Shown here piece after piece: positions 26,125 through 39,700 of a DNA stretch of 64,000 nucleotides (positions are counted from its first letter, which is position 1; every line of letters begins with the position of its first letter). A program made the translations under genes and the position numbers. Under the pieces are notes generated by a model. The model saw only the letters and a program-made list of their open reading frames with translations. It did not search any database and had not been told where the DNA came from. The DNA comes from Setoptus koraiensis (taxonomy: Eukaryota > Animalia > Arthropoda): contig CM106586.1 of assembly GCA_048013815.1 (NCBI GenBank), positions 12,958,001-13,022,000 of the forward strand, read 5' to 3'.

Positions 26125-27485
26125 TGCTGATTTACACAGTATACACTGGTTGTGAGTGCATGCGTTGTAGATGAGCAGATTTCATCACTGTCGTCCGATA
26201 CATCTATCGTATGAAGTCTGTGACTGTATCCACTCGCCATATATTATGAGATTGTGAGCATTGTAAATAGCATGAGCCATTATTGCTGGCATTAGCCATA
26301 ACAGTTACTACTGAATTGGCTAAGGTGAAGTGTAAATAGGAGAATCTCTATCAGATGTTGTTCAGCGACTATCAGTATTATCATCTTATCTAGATAGAGC
26401 CAACGTAGCCATGTAAAATATTTTGTTAATAGCTATTTATATAATAGCTAATATAATTGTATATACGCACTTGTTGCAAGCTGTGTGCTCATCATCATGA
26501 TTAACAAAAACAAAAACAACAACCAACCGACCAGAGAGAAAGTGTTGTTTGTTTTAGCATAGTAATAAGAACCAAACCACAAGGGTTATCACAAAAATAA
26601 ACACAAACAAGCAATATTTTATCCCTACCATGTCACATGATTGAGAGAGCCTCAGTAACAAGAGCATTTTTGCTGAACATACGATCATGATTAGCAAGCA
26701 ACACACTGTGATAACAACAAATGTAGATATCTGGTCAGGTATTTGGTCTGTTTGCAACATTGTCCTAAGTTGTCGACTTGTGTCCACTTGGGTCCACTTA
26801 TGGCCGACGTGTGCGATAAATAAAAACTGACACAAGTGGCAGGCAAACAAAACAGAATGGCCATTGTTACGCAACATCGATTGATGGCAGCGACAAGACA
26901 CGGGATGCATCATTAACAGCAGCAGCAGCAACAGCAACAACTTTTGCCCGGCCAAACACAATTAGCCGCTGGAACAATGGAGGTGCCCGCGGCAATTAAT
27001 GAGTGGCGCCGAAAGTTACATGAGAGCCGAGGTCGTCATCATCGTCGGCATTAATATTATTATTATTGTATGACCACTATGATACTATGTACGACTATCA
27101 TGATATGACCATTATGATGCGACTATATTTGTCGCAAACAAGGGGTGCCCACCAATTTAACTGGACCAAGCTCACAGATGACGGATTAAAAGACAGACGA
27201 GATGGCAGCATTTTGAGGATGCTAAGGATCTGTCTTTTGTGCAAGTGTGTGTGATATAATACAATATTGTTGCATTAATCTGCAAATTAAATCTTTTCAT
27301 CTTTTTTATCACTGTGCCTGGTGTAGTGTGTAGTCTATGTAGTGTGTCTGTTGTGTGTATGCAGAGAAAACATTTGCAGTCGCGTATGAAAGTGAAGAGT
27401 TTAACAGTGTAAAGAGTTGCGGCCGCATATTATGTAACAGCAACAACGACGACTTTTTCCCAGACCGTCTGAATCCTCGGGCCGC

Positions 27486-27486
<1 letters not shown>

Positions 27487-27523
<37 letters not shown>

Positions 27524-27596
27524 ACAACAACAACAGCAACAACAACAGCAACAACAACAACAACAGCAACAACAGCGACTGCAGCAGCCATTGCGT
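27487..27596. repeat. (CAG/CAA)n trinucleotide microsatellite
   Basis: About 35 consecutive CAG/CAA-type triplets. Confidence 0.9.
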
Positions 27597-30500
27597 TTGT
27601 GCAAGGGTCAAGAGGAGGTTAATTGAATGCTCGTCGTTGCTTGTTGCACGGCACAGGTAATGTGATACAACGACAACGACAACAACGACAGCATAAGCAA
27701 CAACAACATCAGCAGCGACTGTTTATGTGGCCGAGCACGCCAAAACATCATGCCTGACAAGCCGGGCAAGATGATGCGAATGAATAGAGATCATTAGCTT
27801 CTCTCGTTCGTTCCAAAATAGTGTCATCTTTGCGTGCAATTACAATTTACTGTTCACTGGCCATTCACTGAATTGGTAACCCGGCTCTCGGTCTCAACGG
27901 CCCTCTGTTTGGATGGCTCTCTGTTTGGATGGCTCTCGGGCTGAATGGTCGCACTCGAACTGACCAGCGACCAGATACTTGGCTTGCCGCACTATGTATC
28001 ACTATATAACTCATTTGTATAATGAGTGTATATGGTGAAAAACTTGAAAATTCAACCTGCCCGAGTCTCGCCAAAATCAGCATCGGTCGTGTTTGTGGCG
28101 GCCACATTCAGCAGCGCGCCGACTAGTTTGTCAAGTTTGCTCCCATCGCTACGAGTCGCACTGAATCGCTATGAGTCGCATCACATTGGCTCACCTGTTG
28201 CTCGACGGCGCAGCTAACTGTCGAGCAGTAGAGAGAGCAACATTATTACCAATTAGAGGATAATTATCCGATGTTGCGAGCATGATGAAAGAGGCGGCCG
28301 GCCTGCTTTGCACTTGACAACTTGATCACTTGATTGAATTATGTATTAGTACTAATTAATCGGCGACTGCTCTCTCATGACACAGACAGAGAGAGAGTGA
28401 CTCTGGCCAGAGCACAGCGGAGCCCACATGTGGACAGGTGAACTTGATCTTCGATCACTCATGCTCTCCACTGCCAGCTCCATACGATGCCAGCTCTGCA
28501 ACAACCAACAAACAACCAATGAACAAGCGTCTGTCACCTGGAGAGAGACGGTTGTTTGTCGTGTCACAAGAGCACAACGTTAGCACAGTTTAGTCGCCAT
28601 GGTCAGCGTGGTATGGTGATGGCGAGTCTGAGAACAACCAGTTACCTGTGCTATGCACCGTCTATAAGCCAATGCGACACCAATGCGAGCTGTGAGCAGT
28701 GTGTCTCGGCAATAGGAGCTGACATTCAATAGCTTACACAGGTGCATGGTGATTACGCAACATTAATGGTTGGTCGTGTTTACAATTGGACGAGTGACCT
28801 ATCGTGATGCACACTTGTTTGCACTATTTCAACACTAAACGTCACTGCAACCACCGCATACAACAACAGCAACAGTCAGTTTAACTTTGCTGTTCGCAGT
28901 CACGCAGCTGAGTGTGGTTGTGTCCTTTCTCCTTTGCCACACTATAACACTGGCGCACAGAAACCTGTTGTTGTGTGTTGCTGTTGTTATTGCTATGCGT
29001 TGCCGCGGCGACGACACCAACAGCGACGGCCAACAGCAACAACAGCGACATCAACAACAGCGACAGCGACAACAACAACAGCAACAGCAACAGCAGCAAC
29101 AACGACAACAGGCGCCAAGTGTCACCCAAGTGGCCACTACTTAATTATGTGACTTTGGCGTGGAAAGTAGTTGTGTCTATTGGCAACAAAGTGCCAGTGG
29201 CCAGCGTTGCCAATAGATTGCATGGACAGTGCACTGTGGACAGTGCATTGTGTGGACAGTATGAAGAAAAAAGGAAAGTCGCTGCTGCACCGTTGGCCGG
29301 CCAGCTAGCGCTATCGGCCAGATAACGGTATCGGCCAGCTAACGGTATCGGGCGGCCAGGTAAGGGCACTTGTTGTTGTCTGGCTGGCTTGCCCAACAGT
29401 TGGATGGGTGAATAGCTGGCCGAGTGAATAGACGGATAAGTGAATCGGTGTATGAGTGCACTGCTCAGTATCGGTGTGTGTGTGTGTATTTATGGATGGC
29501 GAGAGAGAAGCGAGAGAGTGATTATTATTGATATTATTCTAACCCAAATCGAGTTCAACTTCTCTCATCGTGTTTAGTGATGAATGATGCAACAAACAGC
29601 AGTTAATAGTTGTGTCATCGTCAACATTGACAACGCCAACCAGTTAGTGCCAGCCTGCGCGCTAGCCACTGGCCCTAACCAGCCCTTATCCAGGTGACCG
29701 CATGAGCAGTAACAGTTGGTATTGGTGTTGATATTGGTTGCAAGTGGAGCAGCACTTGTTGTCGCTCTGTACCTGTTGTTGTTGTTGTTGATGTTGTTGC
29801 TGTTGCTGTTGCTGTTGCTGCTGTTGTTGCTGTTGCTGCTGTTGTTGCTGTTGCCGTTGCCGTATCGTTTATTAAGTAGGAGTCGGCGAGCGATATCTGC
29901 CTAAATGGTGCACTAATAACTGACGCAAGCCACTCATGCAACCAATTGTGATTGATATGTGTGTGTCGTCCTGACAGGCGCACCGTCGGATAAGATGATT
30001 TATCATTAGCGATGATGCCCTTTTATTGCAACACCAGCCACTCGGCTGACCACTCGGCCAAGACACACACACTTACAATGATGTAGAATAAAAAAATAAA
30101 TGTTTTATTATATTTGATAAGTTTTATTTCAATTTTTCACTGTCTCCTCACTGTCTTGATATGTTTCGCCATCTCTCTCTCTCGCTCGCTCGCTCATATC
30201 TGATCTTTCGGTGGATATATTTAGATTTTGGCCACCGCCACTCCAAGATGCTGGTAGCCGGCATAACGGCCACACGGACATGTTATGTGTGCCGTTAATT
30301 CAATTACGCACTCAATCCACACACTGACCTCACATGCGGTTCACGCACACGCACACCGCAAGCGAGATTATGATTCCAAGGGCCAACAAGTGGCTCAACT
30401 GATTCTGCCAGAAAGGGGCCCCATCCGACGAGTCACCGATGCTACGAGTCACCGATCCGGCGCTCGGACGTTCGCACATTCGCACAGATGTGCCAATCCA

Positions 30501-31976
30501 ATTCTGAGATTTCTTTCGTGAGATGGCGCGAGCGGCGGCCGGCCCAAACGAGCGGCCGACATGCAACGGCCTCGGCGATCAATCAATTATTGTCGATTGG
30601 ACATAAACAAACTACTTACTTGTACTTGTGACGGCATAGATGCCAATTTGGTGCCAATGATCTAATCTCATGCAGTGCCTTCGGTGAGCAGTGTCCAGTT
30701 GGACTTGAGCCAGTTTAATTGTGGCCAGTCACAACTGCAACATTGCCGGCACAACTGCGGCCAAACTAACCGAGTGAGTGGATGCCACTGGCCAGTGGTC
30801 AGTGGAGCACACAAGCAGCGGCCCGTTATTTCTAGTTGCGTTTCTAGTTGAATTTGTTGCCAACTCGCCAACACAAATGACTGGCCACTAGACTAGAAAT
30901 AACCGTCGCACAATACGACAAGCGACGGGCAGCTGCTTACACTGCGACTGGCCGGCCAGCCAGTTTAAAAGTAACGGCCAGCCATTTTAACATGGCATGA
31001 CACAAAAACACGAGACGTGACGCAATCGGCCGGCCAACTATCGGCGGCTTGTGTGTCACGTTTCCTGTGCGCCCCAAATCATCGGCATCAATCACATGCT
31101 AGCCACCTTTGGCCGGCCACGCAACATGTTGTTGTCGATTGTGCTCATTGGCTACCAAATATATTGTTATATATATATAGTTGTTGTAGTAGCTCTAGCG
31201 TAGAACCAGCGTACGTCATTTGTTTGTTTGTGCTGTTGTTACGTAAGCCGGCCGGTGAGATGATTAGGCGAGCATATCGACAAGTGTATCATTAGTTGTG
31301 CCTCTAACCGTTACAGTCTAACGAGCCAAACTAACGTCTCACACTGGCCACTCGAATGCAAGGCTCAAGACGCAATTCGAGTCAGCTCGTTTTGTTTCTG
31401 TCTCTGCGTTGCTGTTGCCGGCGCTTCGAAAACGCTCAACGATCAAAAGTCGTGATACAATTCATAATCATTGATAAGTATATCAACACACACAGTGTAA
31501 CATGGATGATGTAACATTGGCTCGGCTGTCGTCGCTGGCAAACATTCACGACCAACAAACAAACGGGCAATAGTATTGTGGTCAGTTGTATTTGGTGTTT
31601 GGTTGCACGAGATGTGCGCTCTATCATAGAGACTCTATGACTGTTCTGTGCAACTAGACGCCAGACTATCTAGTAGATAGATGATGCAACATATGTAATA
31701 GATATTATCTAACAGTTGAACACAGTTGAATGTATGCAGTAATAATAGCAATGGCAACAGGCGGACATGCAAGCGGATATTGAGGCGGATATACAGCGCG
31801 GATATTATTGCAGGCGGACAGAAAGGCGCGCACTGAACAATGGCCATTGATTTGTGCGGCCAGCTCACGATCTGGCCTCAATGACCAGCGGCCACCCTGG
31901 CCAGACCTGTGGCTGGCCGGCCGACTGGCCGAGCGACTGGCCAACTGGTTGTTGTGTTTGTTTTACATAACAGCAA

Positions 31977-32072
31977 CAACACCGACAACAGCAACACCGA
32001 CAACAGCAACACCGACAACAGCAACACCGACAACAGCAACACCGACAACAACAACACCGACAACAACAACAA
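31977..32072. repeat. 15-bp minisatellite (caacaccgacaacag), ~6 copies
   Basis: Direct reading of the sequence. Confidence 0.9.
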
Positions 32073-33816
32073 CCTGTTGTCCTCTGGCCACAATGGGCCA
32101 ACTGCAACTGCCAAAAGCAACAAGTGCAACCTGTGTGCGCCATTTGCTCATTCATTCATCGCGTCCATTGATGGCGCTGCACTTGTCTATTGATAGCGTT
32201 GCCAGCAGTTCATTCATAGGACACTGCTGAGATGTTACGTAATGTGTGTGCGCTGGCCTGTCGTTGCAAGCACTCGAGCGGCAGCGCATGACAGGGAGAT
32301 GCTTTGTACATATAATGAACTGAATATAATGAATTGAATATAATGAATGAAGACGCAACAACAACAGCAACAACAACGACGCCGACGACAAATGTAGATC
32401 ACCCGTTGCATTCATCGATAACACCGTTAATGCACAATAATAAATAATATTGTCAGTTGCACACTTTCCACCGGCTTGCACCGGCTCACCTGGTCGCATG
32501 CCGGTCAGCTGACCGGGCGACAGGTGAGCCGGTGCAAGCCGACCACTTGTTGCTGCCAATGGTCAGTTGGCTGGAACAAGGGAATTATTGAAGCATTGAG
32601 CGGGCAATAATAATAATAATAATCAATTGAGGCCGTTGTTGTGTGTGATATCATGTGTTGTTATGATGAATGAACACACTTGATGCTGGTCTCAATCGAT
32701 CAATGCATTCAATGGATTCAGCAGCATTCGATTTAAACCGATCGCCATCTCAATGCCCGTTCAACAGTCGACCTGTGAGCTCGTCTTTAAACAATTGACT
32801 ATGCGCAATACTCCGCTCGCTATGCCACTGCAGCAATATTGACGCTGTTGTTGTTGTTGCTGTTGTTGGCGTTGTTGTTGTTGCGTCACTTTGCGCCGAC
32901 TATAAATAAAACTCTGATCGCCTTAGCTCACAACAGAGACGCCGTTGTTGTTGTTGTTGTTGGTGCTGTCGTTGCTGCTGCCTATCGCTGTTGCCGCTGT
33001 TGTTGTTGGTGTCGTTGTTGTCGACAATGTTGCTGCAAGTATTGGCCGGCATGCAACGTCAGTGTGTGTGTGTGCGCCATAAAAGATTATCTAGTGTGTA
33101 AATTCATTGTTGCCTTTGTGCGCCGCCAGTATGTTAGTTACATAATAGCCATCAAGTGACCTGGCCCTAACACGGCGCTCGCTTGATGCGGCTTGACTAA
33201 TGTTGGCGCACCAATCAAGCCGGCGCGTTGTATCAACTGTTGCCGGTGTCGTTGTTGTCGGCAATGTTGTTGCTGTTGTTGTTGCTGGCTGGTTCATTTG
33301 CTTGGCTGGCAGCGTCGAGCCACCGAATTGAATATGGCGGCCGTAAACTGTGTTTGTCTGGCCAAACGTCGATCCGTCAGCCGCTTGCAGTTGCAGTTGC
33401 AGTTGCAGTTGCAGTTGCAGTTGCAGTTGAACAACAACAACAACCGGCCAATAGAGTTAGACGAGCCGCAACAAATTGATTGTTCGCGCTTCACTGGCTC
33501 ATCCAAACCAAACTACATCTATTATGTAACTCACACGCTGCTCATCGTTATATAATCTCGCCATTGTCAGCGTCACAAGACTGCCCTAATGACTGCACTC
33601 GAGCCACTTGTCGTTGTTGTTGGCGCTGTTGTCGTTGTTGTTGCTGCTGTTGCTGTTGTCGTTGTCGTGGAATAATGAATCGTCGCTGTTGTCGTAGAGC
33701 AGCGAACATGGTGGCAATATACATACGCCAATATACACAAAGGGGGCACAAACACAAATATGCGGCCATTGATTGCGCTCACAGTTTGTTGCTCGCCAAC
33801 ATAATGCGGCCGCACT

Positions 33817-33869
<53 letters not shown>

Positions 33870-34436
33870 CGGCAATAATTGATCTATCATGTATTAATGA
33901 GCCAGAACACGAACCTGCAATCCGGGCGGACTAATCCAACAGCGACTCGTGGGATTAGTTGGCCGCTCATCGGCCGCTGACCAGGCCGCCAACAACAACA
34001 ACAACGATAACAACGACAGCAACGACAGCAACGACAGCAACGACAGCAACGACAACAACAACAACAACAGCGACAACAACAGACTCCAACGGAGGAAAGT
34101 GATTGATCGGTCAGCTGATCGGCGAGAAAGCTGTAACAGCGACGATGACCTTGAGCTCGAGTTGTAGCTCTATCGTCGTTTATTAGCGTCGTTTCATATC
34201 CGCCCGCTCACAGCACGCTCGCCAGTTGCCACTTGAGGCGCCACACCCGACAAATGGCCGGCCCTAGGCCAGCAAGTGGCGACAAGCGAGCCTTACGTCT
34301 TCTTTACTCGCGTCTTATGTCTTATCTGTCTTATATCCGTCTCTTGTGCACCTTTTATCCACCTTTTATCCAGCTCATACCCACCTTATGTCCAGCTCAT
34401 ATCCATCTTATGTCCGTCTTATATCCATCTTATATC

Positions 34437-34503
34437 TATCGCCTGATATCGCCTGATATCGCCTGATATCGCCTGATATCGCCTGATATCGCCTGATATC
34501 GCC
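34437..34503. repeat. 10-bp minisatellite (gcctgatatc), ~6.7 copies
   Basis: Direct reading of the sequence. Confidence 0.93.
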
Positions 34504-35462
34504 GGTCGGCTCGATTGGGCCGACTCACTTGACTCACTCGATTGCGACTGGCGACTGGCGACTGGCGACCGGCGAGCACGACAGCGGCAACACTCGAGCG
34601 GCCATAGTAAATCGCTTGAATTGTTTGTGACGCTGATGGCAGCAATCAGCGTCTGCATGACGCTGCCAGAGAAGAGCAGTGGCCATGGACAAAGAACAAA
34701 GAAATAGAGAGAGAAAACCAAACATTGGCATTTCCATTTCCATTTCTCTGCCTCTTTGCACTTGCAAATGGCTGCTTAATGGCTCTTGTGTGTGTGTTGC
34801 GTTGTTGCACAAATGAATTCATCATTGATGATCTTGCCCAGAGAACGCAATCAATTGATGCAAATGATGATGGCTCGCTAGTGGCGGCCATTAGATTAAC
34901 GCCGGTCGCTCGATCGGCCCGTCGGCCAGTCAGGCGACCAGCCAAGCGGCCAACGAGCGCCAAGCGGGCGACCAGGTGAGAACGCCAAGCAACGCAGCTA
35001 ACTCAGGTAACGCAGCTAACTCAGGCACAGCAAGGCCTACAGCTAACAGTAGACACTCCAAGATTGATTGCGAGCGGCCCACAAATTGTGCGAGCGGCCA
35101 ACACAAACGTGCCCAGACAGAGAGACATCACAACAGGTTGTTGTTGTGATGATGCAATAAACAGTCTTATTGTCTATTTGCATGCCATTTATGCGCTGTT
35201 GCCGCTGTCGTTGTTGCCGTTGCTGTTGTTGCTGTTGTTGTTGTTGCCGCTGTTGTTGGCGCAACGTCGTTTGCATAACAACGCAGCAGCCGTAAAATTG
35301 CTTTTGTTGCTTTCGCTGCCGCTAAAGTCGCAACAATCAGCCGGCGACACACACACACACGCATTCAGTAAACGGGCAACGCGCGGCCGACGGGCGACAA
35401 CCGACAAGCCGGCTTGTGGGCCCAAGCAAGCGCCACAGAGCCGCCATTATTGACATTAGCTC

Positions 35463-35516
35463 GCCAGTGCCAGTGCCAGTGCCAGTGCCAGTGCCAGTGC
35501 CAGTGCCAGTGCCAGT
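35463..35516. repeat. (GCCAGT)9 hexanucleotide microsatellite
   Basis: Direct reading of the sequence. Confidence 0.93.
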
Positions 35517-36740
35517 GCAGCTCAATTAGCAGACCACTTAATTAATGCCGCCAGTAGTAGAAAGTGACGCAATCGCATGACATGAGCAATCGTGACGCCG
35601 CTAGCTGCGCACTGTTGAGACCAGCACACGGCAGCCGGCCAGTGTTTGCAGCCACAGTGCCAAAATCACCTGTGTGTCGGTTACGCAACCATGCTTCGGT
35701 GATTTTATTTTGGCCCTGGCCGATGCTGGCTGCTTACAGCCACCGATTATAGCCACTCTCTGGCTGTGATTGTGGCCGTGGCTCACTTTGGATGACACTT
35801 ATATCGCCAGATATCTCGCCCATCTAGCCTAGCGATGATCTAGTGCCGGCCAACATGCTGCAAACGAGCCTCTGTGCGCGACTCTCAAACGAGCCAGTTA
35901 CAACTCTCTCTACTAGAGAGTCTCTAGGTAACACAAATCTGCACCGATCGTACGCGACGCTGCCCATTTGTGTTACGTAATGCTGGGCGAAATATCAATA
36001 TACACTTACTTTATTAGATAAATGTGTGTGTGTGTGTGTGTCGTTATTAGCCGGACAAGACACGATAACGCGCCACACTGCCATTACGTAACACATCAAA
36101 CAACACATTAGGCAACACTTTAGAGAGTGTAATGATTGAGCCGGCATTAATTAATGGCCGCGCGCTCATTATCATACTCGCTCGCTGTGTACTTGTTGTA
36201 ACTGTCTGGACCAGCACACATTACGTAATGATTGTGTTTATATGTGTGTTTATTGTAGGCTAATGCTGCTCGCCTGGCGATGCGATGGCATAATGCTGCT
36301 CGCATGCTGACACGACCGAATGATGCGACCGAATGATGCAACTGAATAATGCGCCCATTATGCGCATCATGCCACTTGAAGATTCGCACCGACTATTCGC
36401 CGGCTCATTGGCGGCATTAGTCATATTACTATTATTATTATTATTCATCTCAGACAGCATGCAAGCGAGCGAACGATCATCGCATCGCAGCGCATCATAC
36501 GATTGCATCGCATAGGACGGCCAAAACTGCGGCGTAAATGATCATGTTAATGTATTTTATCAATACCAGCGGCCAATAAAACAATCGGGCGAGCAAGCAT
36601 GAGATATAATTATCGTCTCGACGAGCAGCGAGAGTCACTTTCACCTTGGGCCGCTTTTGGCCCGCTCTCGGCCAATCGCAACGTGTAATCAATGCAAACC
36701 GCGCGGCCGAGCCAGCATTCCGTTAAATGAGCTTGCAGTG

Positions 36741-36799
36741 TGTCCAGTTTGTTGTTGTCCAGTTTGTTGTTGTCCAGTTTGTTGTTGTCCAGTTTGTTG
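36741..36799. repeat. 15-bp minisatellite (tgtccagtttgttgt), ~4 copies
   Basis: Direct reading of the sequence. Confidence 0.9.
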
Positions 36800-39700
36800 G
36801 TGTGCAGCAGCAGCAGCATAATACATACGCAATAATAATAATACCATCATGCCAGCTAATGATTGTGCGCGCCACAATCAAGCCAACAGGTTGCGCAACA
36901 GTGGCCGAAGGGCCGAAGTGGCCAGTGACCTTGAAACGGGCGAATCGCGAGAATTTTAATGATTCCGACATGACTGCTTCTGTTGTTCCTCGGCGGCAGC
37001 AACAACAACAACGACGACGGCAGCAGCAACAACGACGGCGGCGGCAACAACAACACACCCTCTGTCTGGCCAGCAGCCGTCTAGCCGGCGCGAGCATCCG
37101 GCTCGCAGCGAGGTTCGCGCGAGCGCCAATCTCGAGAAAATCTCGAGCCAGCGGCTCTCGACAAACTTGACCCTGGCCAGACGAGCCGGTGACAATTGCC
37201 GCCAGACTCTGGCTGCCAGAGGCTCGCCTGGCGACCCTGGGTCGCGTCATGCGACAAACTGTCCGACTGACCGGCGATGCACAGCCGGTACAGCGACGCC
37301 GAAGCGGCTGACCGAACGCCGTTGACCGATGGCTCACGAGGGCGAGCCGCGCACAGTCAAGCTCAACCGCGGACGGTGCTCGACGAAGCCGGAAGCGAGC
37401 CTGACCCCTCGCCGAGCCATATTTGGCTGCGTATATCGACATTTGGCTGCGTATATCGACATTTGGCTGCTGGCATTCACTGTTGGCCACTCACTGGGCA
37501 TTCACTGTTGTTGTTGGCTCGGTGTTCACGGTTGCGCCCTGTAACGGTTGTTGGCGCCAATTAGAGCCGATTAGACAGCATAAAACAAACAGCCGGCAGA
37601 TAATTAATTGGCGCCGCTGTGTCGATTCGCTGTCAAGCCGCAATAATTCGAGCTGGACACGAACTGTTATCGTTATTGTTTTGCGCGTTGTTTGTTATTG
37701 CGCAATGGGATCCACAGGTTGCAAGTTGCAAATTGCACATGTCGCCTAGTGGTCAGCGCGCATTTGCGCGACAAGCACATTGTTTGAAGATTGCCTTTAA
37801 ATGGCAAGCTCATTTTTGTTTGTTTCGGTCATCATTGTTTGTCATTATTGTTTGTCGTTGTTGTTTGTCGTTGTTGTTTGTCGTTGTTGTTTGTCGTTGT
37901 TGGCCGGTGGCGAGACTGGCCAACAGCGCCGGCCCTGGGTGCTGCCCGAATACCCGGTCGTTATTCAAACGACGGCAACGCACGCACACATTCGCCCATT
38001 TATTGGCCAGTCGTCGGCATTATCGGGCAGTTGCCGGCCGCGTCGGGATGGCATTGTTGGCTCGGGTCTTTTTTGCATTGCAGCGGCCAGCAACTTGCTG
38101 GCTGCAAGTGGACGCGCTGACCGCACTGGCGCAACCGAATAACCTAATAAATCGCGCGTTGTTGCATTGTTGCGAAGGAATTTAAAGGGCGATTATTATA
38201 TTATTTTGCTGGCGTTTGATTCCAGTGCATCGCGCGTCCTTTGTGCTGCCCATTAATCGATTGATCGATTATGGCCAAGCTCGCCCGTGATGCCCGCCAG
38301 TCGCCGAATGGCCCGTTTCGTTGGCCGGCCAGTTGGCAAATACGACCAAATAAAACAATTGTTATTTGCGTGCCGTTACAAAATGCGTGGGAACCCTCGC
38401 TGATTTCGGTCGGCCACTGAGCGGCATCGGTGGCATGGGTCGCGCTCGAGCCGGCGCAGGAATTTGCCGACCGGCCGCTGAGTCCGCTATCCGACTGCCT
38501 GTCCGACTGCCTGTCCGACTGCCGCACAACCGTGGGTACCCGCGGATACCCACAGTTGTCCGAAGTTATCCGCGGTTGTGCGGAGCTGTCCGCGGTTGTG
38601 TGGAGTCATTTCGAGTGCGGCCCGAGCTGAGCTCGCGCCGCAGGTCGTTATGCGCGTGATTTAGGAGATGACCATTTAAATGGGCAATTGCAACGACTGC
38701 ATGTGCGGCGACCGCTGCCAGCGAAACCGCCACCCAGCGCTCGTTTGGCGCGGGCCGCCCCTTGGGAGCCCCAGCAGTTCGAAGCGGGCGAGCGTCTTTG
38801 CCGGGCCCGAATCTTTGCCGGGCAAGCGTCTTCGCCGAGGATTCCGCGGACCCGATCCGCGGGTCGCCGATGCCGCTCGTGCGATGCCGCTCGTGCGGCG
38901 CTCCAAAACGAGAGCGGACTCAATGACACTGCGAGTGTCATTGTTGTCGCTTGCTCACACAGGTACGACGCCGGTCAGTGCGCGGCGCGCAAAGTTAAAT
39001 TGCGACCGTCACAATGAAAGAGAAAGGCAAACAAGCGGCTCAAATTCAATTTCTGTGAATTGTGGCCGGCCGAATCGTGCGGGCCGGTGTGTGTGCATTA
39101 TGCGCCCGACGCGCGCCATTCGCACAAGCCGTCGGGCAGTTCGCAGAATGGGGGCTGTTCGCAGAATTTCGCAGAATGGAGGCCATTCGCACAGCAAACA
39201 AAGTGTCACCTTGAGTGGACAGCGAGCGGCCGAATCGTGCGATGGCCAAATTGGCAATTGTGTGCGACCGCCAAACCGGAGTCGTGCCCGACGCGATGCC
39301 CATTGAATTTCGGTTTCGCTGGCGGCGGCGAGCACACAGCTTCGAAATGGAAATGGCAGCGATGGCGCGAATTGCGGCGATCATGAGAATCATTTCGAGC
39401 GCCGGCCCAACTTGCGGGCAGCGGCCGGCGAGTCGCGGGCAGCGGCGGGTCGCGCTGAGCGTGCGACGGGAGCTGTAATTTGATTGGCACCATTGGCCGC
39501 GAACGGAGCCCGCTGGCCGCCGTTTTGCGCAGCCAAAAATCGAGCGCAGCCAAAATATGGAGCGCGGCCAGAATGTGGAGCGCGGGCGAAAAAGTGCGAC
39601 CTGCAACAGGCGGTTATTATCAGTTATTAGTAGCGGGTGAGATGATATTATTTGATAAATGGTGATGGATCGTTTAATGGTGGCGCCCATTGTTTCGCCG

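Noticed and set aside
35751-35775. miR-2-like seed (ATCACAGCC on the minus strand)
   Set aside because: The rest of the sequence does not match miR-2 and only a short 6-bp stem forms; no pre-miRNA-length hairpin.
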